Assembly (NCBI GenBank): GCA_002633005.1
Contig: NMRA01000038.1
Coordinates: forward strand, 829,329-893,328
Origin: Phoronis australis
Taxonomy: Eukaryota; Animalia; Phoronida
DNA length: 64,000 nucleotides
Reading direction: 5' to 3'
Of this stretch, positions 1 through 12,200 are shown in pieces (the stretch's first letter is position 1; each line of letters opens with the position of its first letter). The position numbers and the translations under genes are program-made. The notes under the pieces are model-generated. The model was not told where the DNA came from. It saw only the letters and a list, made by a program, of their open reading frames with translations, and did no database searches.

Positions 1-3000
1 TTCTGGCACATTCTGGGTTTGTTTTCTAATAGCATGTATGAAAACTATTTATATTGTGTTTTATCATTGTTGGCCACTGATAAAGTTTATTAAAAACTTA
101 ACTTTCAGGTGACTGTGGAATTAAAGGTCGCAAGTTGACTGACAAATTATTATGATATTATGACATATTTCTTATCTTGCTTCTCCAAGAGCATAGTGAG
201 AACTGTCCCACCATGAGTGTGTGAAGAGTCAATATCCTCAATGTTAACTAACCTTATTAAAGCAAAAATGTCCTGTGTTGACTGCTGACTCAGTGCAGAG
301 TTCACTGCTGAATCAACACACACTTTGACTCTGCCTGAATGGAGTCATGCCCTGTGTCAGTTGGTTGTAGACACACAAGTATTGATCCTATGGTCACAAT
401 AACATGCCAAGCCCTGCAGAAACAGGTGGGTTGTTTTGGCTGTAGGTTGTGTAATTGGTTGGAGTGAGTACTGTGAAGAGGCCATGGTCAGCAAGTGGTT
501 GTGTTAAGATGAACTAAAAAGAACAAAACAATGCAGCTCTATGGCATAGCTCTACTGTCTGTCTGGAAGGATATTCAGAGAAATGTTGCTGTGCTTGTTG
601 TGGTAATTTTACCCATTCAGTTTTGTTTTCTTTTATAACCAAGCTCTCTTGTTTCATAACACTTTAATATTTGTTGTTAGTTTGAACTCACCAGCATTAT
701 TCAACACTTTTTGATTCTTAGTGTCAATGAAATGGCGTGTAAGGTTTGACATGACATGACTAGTTGTAGTGTGCCATTAACACACACTCATATGCTAAAG
801 CCATGTCTCAATTCAACTCTCCTTCCCTGCTGATGTTTGCGGAAACAGGCATTGTGTGACTGCCTGACCACAGTAAAATCTCACTAATTTAGGACTCACT
901 GTTGTGAAATTTCATTTTCTTTTTTTTTTCTTGAACAGTGAGAAGAACAAAGGTAATACCTTCCAACTTCCACGATACGAGACAAAATTAATCAGACAAA
1001 ATACTGTTTCCTAGACATGATGGCTAATATGTTAACAACGGAAATGAATGTTACTAACTATTCGGCCATCAAGATTCTAATTACAGAATAATGATTAGCT
1101 ATCTTACTAACTTTCTTGTAAATTCCTCATCTTTCTTGGTCATGCGGGGAGACGACTCTCACGATGAATTTGGCTGCTGCCCACCACCCATCATAACGGG
1201 GAATTCTGGGTTATTTTGTTTGAATACTTTTGGCTCGTACTGTATATACCATAGCTATAATATTTTAAAAAGTATCACAACAGTTTTATCTAATGATTGA
1301 AAAATGAGCAGTTGACTATTCTTGCAATTAATTTTGTTCGGCAAGTAAAGAACATTATGTGCACCCACATAGGGGCTTAGTGTGCTGTAGTAATAGGTAT
1401 TGGTATTAGATCCTAATGGTGTACTATTATCATGACAGCAGGTCTAAAGACAAAATGCTCTATAGATCTCCAGCATTGTGAAGTATTTTGGGCGTGATAA
1501 ATTTGTTCAGCTCATATTGTATGTTGGGTAAGTTGAGTATTTTTGGTGTCAGATTTATTTATCATGTCCTTTTCTCCATGGACCCACTGTGCTTAGCTAA
1601 TTGACTTTTTGGGTATCACATGGGTATGCTGTTCTGCCAGGGACACATTGACATTTCTTGCAGGGTAATTGTGAGGCTTTGGTGCCTATATTCTATCTGA
1701 ACTGACCTACATGTCTCAAGCTTTATGAACAAATTGGCCTGTACCCCAAACACATTCATCTCTAGAAAATTGGGGACCCTGTTTCACTTTCAGTGTATCA
1801 GTTTGAAAATTACAGCCTACACTTTTCTTCTAAAGATGCCTCATTTAATCTAGCCTTTGTGTAACATTGTTTAGTTATAACTGGGCAGTGAGGTAGGGGT
1901 ATTGACAAGAGTTTCAGCCAGGCACCTGTGAGAGACCATCACAAGAACTTGAGGGTGCAGCCCATTACAGCAAATCACAGCACAGCATGCACCCTCAATG
2001 GTACCACTGTACCCAAGGACATTCCATAGAAGCTATTAGTGTTTCACAATGACCTGCATGACTTGTTTTTATGAGTCCATTAATGGTGTAGTTTAGGTAC
2101 CTTGATATTTGACTTTAGAATCAACAATGTACTGGCCAGTCATCATTGACTTCTGCAGTGTGACCCTGATTTAGTGTTTAGTTTATGAGAAAAGATCACT
2201 TTCATTGAGAACATTAATATTCGCCCTGAGGGAGAAAGATTGTCTACCATGAAGTTGCTTGATGACTCACATTATAGACTGACAGGGTGAAATGCTATAC
2301 AGTGTAAGCTAAAAGCATTCAGACAAAATGACCCCAATTCCTGTCATAATGACTGGGTGTAAGACAAATTCGCTGTCAGAGTAGTCACCCCTCATAGGTC
2401 AGAATGAAGAATTCACAGGAAAGTTAGTAAGATGACTAAGAATTTTTGCTGCCTTGGTTGTTATTACTTGTTTGATCATTCTTGGTATTAATAGAATTAG
2501 TCTGATGTATTTGGTCCCATTCCTAGTGTGCTTGTTATAATAGAAACAAGTTCTTTAAGGAACGCAAAGTAAAAAGTATGCAGCCTGTCCTCTTCAGCTT
2601 GTTTTCATTAGGTCTTACTGAATGTTTCTCCCAGTTGTGGCTCAGTTGGTGCCATATTGTGAACATCACATCATGATTCAGGAATTCTGAATACCTAATC
2701 AAGCACCGTGTCATGTCATGTGTGTCATGTGTTAAGCAGGCTGAGGAAATGATAATACACAATTTTTAATTCAGAAAAACTTATGGATATCATTTCTCAG
2801 AACTTATTCAAATTAGGGCATAATGAGCTCTCAAAATCTTTTGTAATGGCTGCGACTCCAAAGGGCAATAGTCGGATATAACGTGCCGTATTTTGAGAAC
2901 CAGTTCGATTCATGTTATTCAGTGGAGAAAACTGGTTCTCAAAATTCGGACATGTTGCATCTGACCATTACCATCCATAGGATCATATTGTAGTTGGAGT

Positions 3001-3709
3001 TTTAGATCTTACGAAAAATAGCTCTGACTTCTTAAAAATTCTGGAGACACCTTTACCTTTTTATTCACACCTTGAACACTGTCAACAAGACATGGTGTTT
3101 ATTTAACTAAGGTGAGATCTTTAGGAGAACAAAACTGTCCACTCCAGGTTGCAAATGTTTCAGTTATGCCTCTACACATTTGCATTTGTAACAATACCTG
3201 CTGTTGTCTTGGTATAGTTTAGTTAATATTGTTTGGCACATATTCGCCAGTTGTAGTTTGATTCGTATAGTTGTACATGGGCTAGTTGTTTGATGTCTCT
3301 GAATTTTGGTGTCAGGATTTCACTTTTAATAAGAGAACAAGGGTTGCAGTTTTCATTGATAATGGCATAGTCATGGATTGGTCCTTAGATAGCAATGTAT
3401 ACACATGACACATATAACTGTGCCCTTAGTGAAAGTGTTTCATGTGAGAGCTATCTGCCTCTTTTCACTTGTGCTGAAAATTATGTCCAGAATAACATTA
3501 ACTTAGATCGTGCAGTCGTAGAACTCCTAGCAGTCTTCTACAGTTTGATTTTCGTTACTATGCTTTCAGATTTCCTGTATGTGACGGCTACTCCGTGAAC
3601 GATGTGAGCAGAAAGCTGATTGGAGGAGAAGCGTAGTAGGAAGCTTATTAGCTATGTGACTTTGCTAATTTAATTTGAAACTTCGTAAAACGTAGGCTCG
3701 GACACAGTG

Positions 3710-4006
3710 ATGCCGTCGAGTCTTAGTGTTAAGTCATCAACAAATGATGGCGCCGGCGGTGGCGACCAATCGAAGATCAACGCGCTCTTTGACCAATTCG
3801 TCACCGGCAATACCTTTCATGCCATCATGAGCTCATTCCAACAATTGTGCGTTGAGCTGGACATCAACCGTAATGACCACCGAAACTTCTACCGTCGGAT
3901 CAAGTCAAAACTGACCTCATGGAAGGCGCAGTCATTGTGGAAGTACCTGGACAAGCGAGCATCACACAAGGAATACAAGAAGCAGACGGCTTGCAGTAAT
4001 ACCAGG
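3710..4006 (+). CDS. MICAL: MICAL coding exon 1, copy A
   Basis: MPSSLSV...LFDQFV...[40 protein letters not shown], donor GTGAGT at 4007. Same protein as copy B. Confidence 0.85.
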
Positions 4007-4876
4007 GTGAGTTGTTCTGGGTTTTGGATGCATTTTTGACTCTAGAGTTTATTTTTTCAATGAAACGACTTGAGTTAGGCTGTGACTTGCCATCCAGTTT
4101 TCGGGCTTTAAAGTTTAGAGTTAATTTTTTTAAAACTGTGAACCAAACCTAGTGTGTGTCACTGTATATGCACGACAAGAAGACAGCGTGCAGCCATACT
4201 GGTATGAATTGTCTACCCCCAGGTTTGGACGTGTTTTGAACCAATTTTTAAAATGTTTTCAAAAAGTACATCAGTTGTGATTCGCCATCCAATTGTGAGG
4301 TCAAAAAGTTTTGATTTTGAATTCATTCCCAGTCCAGGTGATCATATGTTACTGAAATAGCACAAAAAGCAGATGACATGCAGCAATATTTATAGGTAAT
4401 AGAGTCCAGAACCAGTTTTACGCATCAAACTGATATCCCAAAATCTGGGACCCCATGTGTCTATTGCTGTAATGTGTGTTGTTTGCACTAGAATATATTT
4501 TTGTCAGATTTTTTGATAAGTTGACCCCTTTTATGGATTGCTGTCTAGTTCGGAGTTCCAAAGCATTTTTCCTGTCCAAAAGCGTATGTTTCAGTCTAGT
4601 AGATCCAAAAGCAGACGGCTTACAGTAATTTAAGGATGAATCATCAGCCTTGTGTCTGAACTCCCTCTGTAATTTTGTGAGATTTTTATTGAAAATGTGT
4701 TGTTGTTACCTAGCCANAGTTCTTTAAGGAACCCAAAGTAAAAAGTATGCTGGCTGTCCTCTTCAGCTTGTTTTCATTAAGTTTTACTGAATGTTTCTCC
4801 CAGTTGTGGCTCAGTTGGTGCCATATTGTGAACATCACATCACCATTCAGGAATTCTGAATACCTAATCAAGCACC

Positions 4877-4965
4877 GTGTCATGTCATGTGTGTCATGTG
4901 TGTCATGTCATGTGTGTCATGTCATGTGTGTCATGTCATGTGTGTCATGTCATGTGTGTCATGTG
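4877..4965. repeat. (TGTCATGTCATGTG)n tandem repeat, expanded relative to the copy at about 2708-2731
   Basis: Direct reading. Confidence 0.9.
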
Positions 4966-5971
4966 TTAAGCAGGCTGAGGAAATGATAATACACAATTTT
5001 TAATTCAGAAAAACTTATGGATATCATTTCTCAGAACTTATTCAAATTAGAGCATAATGAGCTCTCAAAATCTTTTGTAATGGCTGCGACTACAAAGGGC
5101 AATCATAGTAGTCGGATATAACGTGCAGTATTTTGAGAACCAGTTTGATGCGTGTTATTCAGTGGAGAAAACTGGTTCTCAAAATTCAGACATGCTGTAT
5201 CTGACCATTACCCTCCAAAGGATCATATTGTAATTGGAGTTTTAGATCTTATGATAAATGTCTCTGACTTCTTAAAAATGCTGGAGACACCTTTACCTTT
5301 TTTATTCACACCTTGATCACTGTCAGTAAGACATGGTATTTATTTTACCAAGTAAGATCTTTAAGGAGAACAGAACTGTCCAGTCTAGGTTGCAAATGTT
5401 TCAGTTATGCCCCTACACATTTGCATATGTAGCAATACCTGCTGTTGTCTTGGTATATCTGTATAGTTTAGTTATTATTTGGCACATATCTGCCAGTTGT
5501 TGTTTGGTTTGGTTCATATAGTTGTACATGGGCTAGTTGTTTGATGTCTCTGAATTTTGGTGTCAGGATTTCACTTCTAATAAGAGAACAAGGGTTGCAG
5601 TTTTCATTGATAATGGCATAGTCATGGATTGGTCCATAGATAGCAATGTATACACGTGACACAGATAGCTGTGCCCTTAGTGAAAGTGTTTCATGTGAGA
5701 GCTATCTGCCTCTTTTCACTTGTGCTGAAAATTATGTACAGAATAACATTTACTTAGATCGTCCAGTCGTAGAACTCCTAGCAGTCTTCTACAGTTCGAT
5801 TTTCGTTACTATGCAAATTATTTTTTGCTTTCAGATTTCCTGTATGTGACGGCTACTCCGTGAACGATGTGAGCAGAAAGCTGATTGGAGAAGCGTAGTA
5901 GGAAGCTTATTAGCTATGTGACTTTGCTAATTTAATTTGAAACTTCGTAAAACGTAGGCTTGGACACAGTG

Positions 5972-6268
5972 ATGCCGTCGAGTCTTAGTGTTAAGTCATC
6001 AACAAATGATGGCGCCGGCGGTGGCGACCAATCGAAGATCAACGCGCTCTTTGACCAATTCGTCACTGGCAATACCTTTCATGCCATCATGAGTTCATTC
6101 CAACAATTGTGCGTTGAGCTAGACATCAACCGTAATGACCACCGAAACTTCTACCGTCGGATCAAGTCAAAATTGACCTCATGGAAGGCGCAGTCATTGT
6201 GGAAGTACCTGGACAAGCGAGCGTCACACAAGGAATACAAGAAGCAGACGGCTTGCAGTAATACCAGG
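5972..6268 (+). CDS. MICAL: MICAL coding exon 1, copy B
   Basis: 99 codons, donor GTGAGT at 6269. Lies in a contig bounded by N at 4717 and 6518. Confidence 0.85.
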
Positions 6269-9200
6269 GTGAGTTGTTCTGGGTTTTGGATGCATTTTTG
6301 GCTCTAGAGTTTATTTTTTCAATGAAACGACTTGAGTTAGGCTGTGACTTGCCATCCAGTTTTCGGGCTTTAAAGTTTAGAGTTAATTTTTTTAAAACTG
6401 TGAACCAAACCTAGTGTGTGTCACTGTATATGCACGACAAGAAGACAGCGTGCAGCCATACTGGTATGAATTGTCTACCCCCAGGTTTGGACGTGTTTTG
6501 AACCAATTTTTAAAATGNAAATCTATTTTGGCGCGTAGAAATGGCGGGAAAATTTTGCGACTTGGCGTTTAGGAATGCGAGCTGGATTTTGAAAATGCGA
6601 CCTGGGATTTTGGCTAGGTCGCAAAATGCGACCTGGCGATTTTAATAGCGTCGAGCCCTGTTAAATTCTGACTCCTGGGTAAAAAATTATTGGCATTTTT
6701 CAGTATTTGTTGCTTGAGTAATGAATAGCATGTACCCGAACAGCATACTTCCAACAGTCATCAATTTAGCACTGGAAGAGCACAAAAATGACTTCGTCCA
6801 TTTTCAAATTCTAGTGTGCCAGATAGGCTGCCTTCACAAAGACGAAATGCAACCTGTTTCATTCATTGAAACTTTGTTACATTTAAATTTTTGTATGAAT
6901 CATTTCAATATTGCATCGGCCAACAATAGTGCGGATTTGGCAGCATGACTGTTGCAAAGAATTCATAAAAACAAGGAGTTGCGAAATCTTTCTGTGTTCT
7001 CTTGATCTCCATTCAAGACACATGTGAATGGTATTCAGCGCCATCTAGAGCTTAATTCATTACGTTGCCGCTAATGACTGAAAATGGTTATTTTCAAGTT
7101 TTCTTCTATTGCAGTTATTCGTGATTGGCTGTGGACCGTGCGGTCTGCGGATGGCAATAGAAGGCGCCTTGCTCGGCGCACGAGTGGTGGTCGTGGAAAA
7201 GAGGGACCGTTTCTCTAGAAACAACGTGCTCCATCTGTGGCCATTTTTGATAACCGATCTGAAAACACTTGGTGCTAAAAAGTTCTTTGGAAAATTCTGT
7301 GCTGGTTCCATCGACCATATCAGTGAGCACTGCATTTTATTTTATTTATTTTTAATTTGAAAAATTCATTTTAGCTTATGTCTGTTTGTTGAAAAGTAAA
7401 ATCTTAGAAAAATTGAGCAAGATTTAATGTTAAAATTTTGTCAGTTGCACTGACCTGTTAGTCAGCAAGTCTTTAGAGTTTTGGCTGTTTCGCATTAGCT
7501 ACGTTTTGAACTTTTGTCTAAATATTTTGTCAAAAATTAAATGTAGCTGTCAACCACTTATTTTCAAACAGCTGGATTAGATTGGCTGTAAAGTGTCTGC
7601 CTAATAAGGAACTGTCTATACAAACTACATGGCTAATTTTGACCAAACTTGGTGTAAGATTAATAGCGTCTTGTAATTTGATATTTTTCTCCAAGCTTGT
7701 ATTTCCTTGACTCCTGATTAGTAAGGTAAATCAGATCTATTAAAAAATTGAATAAGTTTATTGGACCAGTTATGTATGCCCTTTTTCAACACTGAATTGC
7801 AAGCTTGAAAAACCTTGCCACTGGATAATCATTACTGTGCAAACTTGAATATGAATGCTGGTCACTAACGTAATTCAAGCTGACTTATCCAATTCCTTAC
7901 ATCTCCATGCAAAACTCATTACCCATTGGTGATCAAAATAAAGACATCCCATGGGGTGTACCCTCAGCCACATTGCTGGCAAGATTGTGTGAAGCTAGTG
8001 TGGAACCGTGAACATGAGAAACGTAAAAAGCTTGAATAGTTCTGGCCTCTGGGCAAGCTTAAATAATATTGCCAAGCTTGAATATCATTTCACAGTTGCA
8101 CATTTTTCAGCTTGATTCGTCTTGCCAGTAATGATTATTCTCAGTGGATGAATTCAGTGTCCTATCTTATCTCTGTGTAGACCTTGTGTAGCAACTAATG
8201 CCATTTACAATGGAGTTGTCAGATTGAACATCTATTATCTACAGCTCTGGGTAACCTATTGAACTGAGAATCTTAACATGTCTGCAACAAAGGACATTAA
8301 TTTTAAAGTGTCCTTGGTCATAATTTGTAGTAGATGTAATTGTCGTGCTGATTAACATGTCATTAATATGTGAGCTAGTTAATTAGTATTTAAATGTCAT
8401 GGATAATTATTGTGCATTTATCCACGATAAAACTTCTTCAATTTGGGACAAAATGTGGCTGACAAGTGGAATATAATTTGGTCGCATTTTTCAAGAAAAT
8501 TATTAATGGAAACTTGACTGTCTTGATAGTATGTTTGTATGGTACAATTGTCATTAAGCTTGATAGTGTGTTTGTATGGTACAATTGTCATTAAGCTTGA
8601 TAGTGTGTTTGTATGGTAGAATGGTTGTTAAGCTTGATAGTGTGTTTGTATGGTACAATTGTCATTAAGCTTGATAGTGTGTTTGTATGGTACAATTGTC
8701 ATTAAGCTTGATAGTGTGTTTGTATGGTACAGTTGTCATTAAGCTTGATAGTGTGTTTGTATGGTACAGTTGTCATTAAGCTTGATAGTGTGTTTGTATG
8801 GTACAGTTGTCATTAAGCTTGATAAAATTCCATGCATTTGTGGCAATGTAGTGAGCTTTGGAAAAGTGGCAATCTCAGCTATTACTTTTGTCCTAAATTA
8901 TAGAATTTTTACGTTACTATAACTTGGTGAACTTGGTTAAATGTTATACTAGTAGTGGTACTTGTTGTCTAAACAAGTTAGAAATATGTGGAAATGTACG
9001 TGTGAGCTGAAAAGCTGAATCATTTACCTGTGGCGTCGGTTTTTGTTTGTTTGTTAGATCCAACTCTGATTGAATCGAGTGAAATTGCTTACACATCAGT
9101 CAAGTAGTTTAAGCTGCTATGAGGATTTCATAAAAACAAATTTTGTTACATCTCAAACTGAGTTGAAAATTTCGACCAAAAATTAAAAAATATCTGATTG

Positions 9201-12200
9201 AGTCTGTCTGGTCTGTTTCACTGAAACTTCTGACTGTTTGTATTTAAGTAGATCAGAAATTGTCATGAGTTAGAGTACAAAGATTATACTCCAGGCTCTG
9301 CTTGCTTCTAAGTTAAATAATGGATAGTAATGATGACATCTAACTTGTGGTTAATGTTTCCAGTGTTGAAAAATGCATTTGACATCTTTCCACAATCTTA
9401 TTCAACGGACAGGTTTTACGCAACCTAGATCTCATCTGGTATTTATCAGTTGAGCGAATCTTAAAAACAAATCTTTCTGTTTTATCAGGTATACGGACAT
9501 TACAGTGTATTCTTTGCAAGGTGGCGCTACTCTACGGCTGTCAGATCTACCCCAGTACGGGTTTTGAGGGACTTGTGGAGCCACCAGCCAATCAGGAGGA
9601 GAGTACGTTGTGATTGACAGCTCTAGATGACCAAAATTCAGTGAAGCTTACTCTGACGCAATTACCGACAGTGTAGATTTATGTGATAGTCAATTCTTTC
9701 TGAGTCCATATGTTACTTTGGATCTGAGTAGGATGCAAATTAAATTGAGACTAACGTTTTAGCTTCAAAAGTGGTATTTTTAATTCATTGTTTTTATCAT
9801 TGGATTCAGGCTTCATGTAAATAATCTAGTTATTAAGTGCCTCATTGTGGAAATGAAAACAGATGAGGACCTTTTCAGCAATTTCAATAATTACATTTAA
9901 TGTGGACATAACTTTGGTAATATCAGTAATTACACTTAATGTGAACATAACTTTGACAATTGCAGTAATTACAGTTAACACGGGCATAACTGGGGCAGTT
10001 TCAGTAATTACAGTTAATGTGAACATAACTAATCTCTTTGTTATTTTGTCTAAACAGAAATAGGTTGGCGTGTTAAGGTGGATCCAGCTGATAGTCCAGT
10101 CAACTCAATGGAGTTTGATGTCTTAATTGGTGCTGATGGTAAACGAAATACACTGGAGGGTAAGTCTGAAACATCTTGAAGTATTTGTGGTGTCTCGTGC
10201 ACAGGTCACTGTATTTGTCAATTCTCAGACACGGGTCACAAGATTTTTCCTAGTTAATTCTAATGCAGACTACAATAATTTGGTAAAATTTCACCAGCAT
10301 TTTTTCGTATACGCTAAGTAGTACAAAGTATGTGCTGAATCATTAAGTATCTATACCGTGGCCATTACGGGGAAATTATTTGAGAAATTGTGGGCATTCA
10401 TGAGAGTGTTAGAAGCCTCTGAAAATGTTAAAATGACCAATTTTAGCAAAATTATTTTGATCTGAAATTGGTGAGATTTTACCGTGATTGTACAGTATTT
10501 TGTTTTAGTAACCTGTGAATTCCACTTCTAAGAACATATACCTTTTTGGTATTTTTCAGGTTGGAGTTATTTGGTAAACTTACCGTAGAGATATTGACTC
10601 CAACAGTAATACAAGCTTAAATTTTTATCGATTCCAGTATTCCTTATTCACAAAAATTGGTCGTTTTTACTTTCACATGTCTATCAAAGTTCTCGGGCAT
10701 TCATAGAGAGATACTGGACTTCAATACTCAGTGTTCTCAAATAAGCTAAACATGACGGAAGTGAACGAATGCCATCAGATTTGCTGAAAAAACGCAGCTG
10801 CTGTTAGCATTAGTTCACATGTACTTGCATTGCTCATGTTTCTGTATTGTCTTTTGATGTATGGAAACAGTAATGTGTAGTAGCGCAGAAAACTTTATAT
10901 TTAAAAATTCACAACTTATATACACTCATCATAACTGAAAATCGACACGTGTTGAAGGGACATTCAAATGAGTCAGGTGCCTTTCAAGCGTGTCACAAGT
11001 GCCGTCAAACAGGTTGAAGTGTCACGTTAAAACAGCTCATTGAGAACACAGGTACTAAAACAATTTTTAGACATACTCATTCCAATAAAAGTACATTTTC
11101 GATTCAGGTTTTAACAGGAAAGAATTCCGCGGAAAGCTGGCCATTGCCATCACGGCCAACTTCATCAATCATCACACGCAAGCAGAGAACAAGGTGGAAG
11201 AAATTAGTGGAGTCGCCTTCATCTTCAACCAGAAATTCTTCCGTGACCTCGCTGACAAGACAGGCATCGACCTGGAGAACATTGTGTATTACAAGGACGA
11301 AGTACATTACTTCGTCATGACGGCAAAGAAATCTAGTCTGCTTGACAAGGGTGTTTTGCTCCAGGTAGGGATCAGGGTCCTGATGACTTGGGGGTTTCCA
11401 TTTGGATGATGTAGCAAGAAATTAATGCTTTACAATTTTCAAGGTTTGTGCTGTCAGACAATGAAGAAATGACATTTTGGACAATACATTTCTCCTATCC
11501 AGAATTGGTGGGAATATTCGTAGGTACCATAACTGCTCTTTTAAATGGCCGGGTCACTAAAATTGAAAATCTGAAGAATCAGGGTGAGTGTTGAACTGAG
11601 TGTCACCAGACATGGATGTTGGGACGTAGCATTGTTCATCAACCCGTTTGCCAATGGCTCCTGCACGATATTGTCACCTGTTTCTCCATGTATCATTCCT
11701 TTGGTTTTCCTGCAGGACAACGCTGATACGGCCAAGTTGCTATCTCGCGAGAACATTGACCAAGAACAACTGCTGTCTTACGCGCGAGAGGCTGCGGAGG
11801 AATCGACGTGTCACCAACTGCCGAACCTAGAGTTTGCACTGAACCACTACGGCCAGCCAGATGTGGCTGTGTTTGACTTCACCTCGCTATTCCAGTCAGA
11901 GAATGCCTGCAGAGTCGTGGAGCGTAACGGGCATCGACTGCTGATAGGCATTGTTGGAGACAGTCTCCTTGAGGTTTGTAGACAATTTGGTGAAGTGAAA
12001 CGAGCAATTTTTTGACAAAAATGATAGATGATGCTAGAGTAGTTATCTCTAATGGCTACAATTATTTGGCCAAAAGAGTTATATATACAACATATTGTGA
12101 TGATTTGAATATTTAATGTCAGCTGCTAGATGTTTTTTTAATTTTTTTTTGGTGAAAATGATTACCGTAGATCATCAAATCGTGTCCAATACAGGGCTTG

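Larger units (their letters stand above)
2549..6517. repeat. Near-identical direct duplication, 2549-4255 vs 4718-6517 (probable uncollapsed haplotype)
   Basis: Second copy is bounded exactly by N at 4717 and 6518; scattered SNPs and indels. Confidence 0.9.

Noticed and set aside
8522-8824. 37-bp repeats resembling a CRISPR array in length
   Set aside because: Units are head-to-tail with no unique spacers, in a eukaryotic intron with no cas genes
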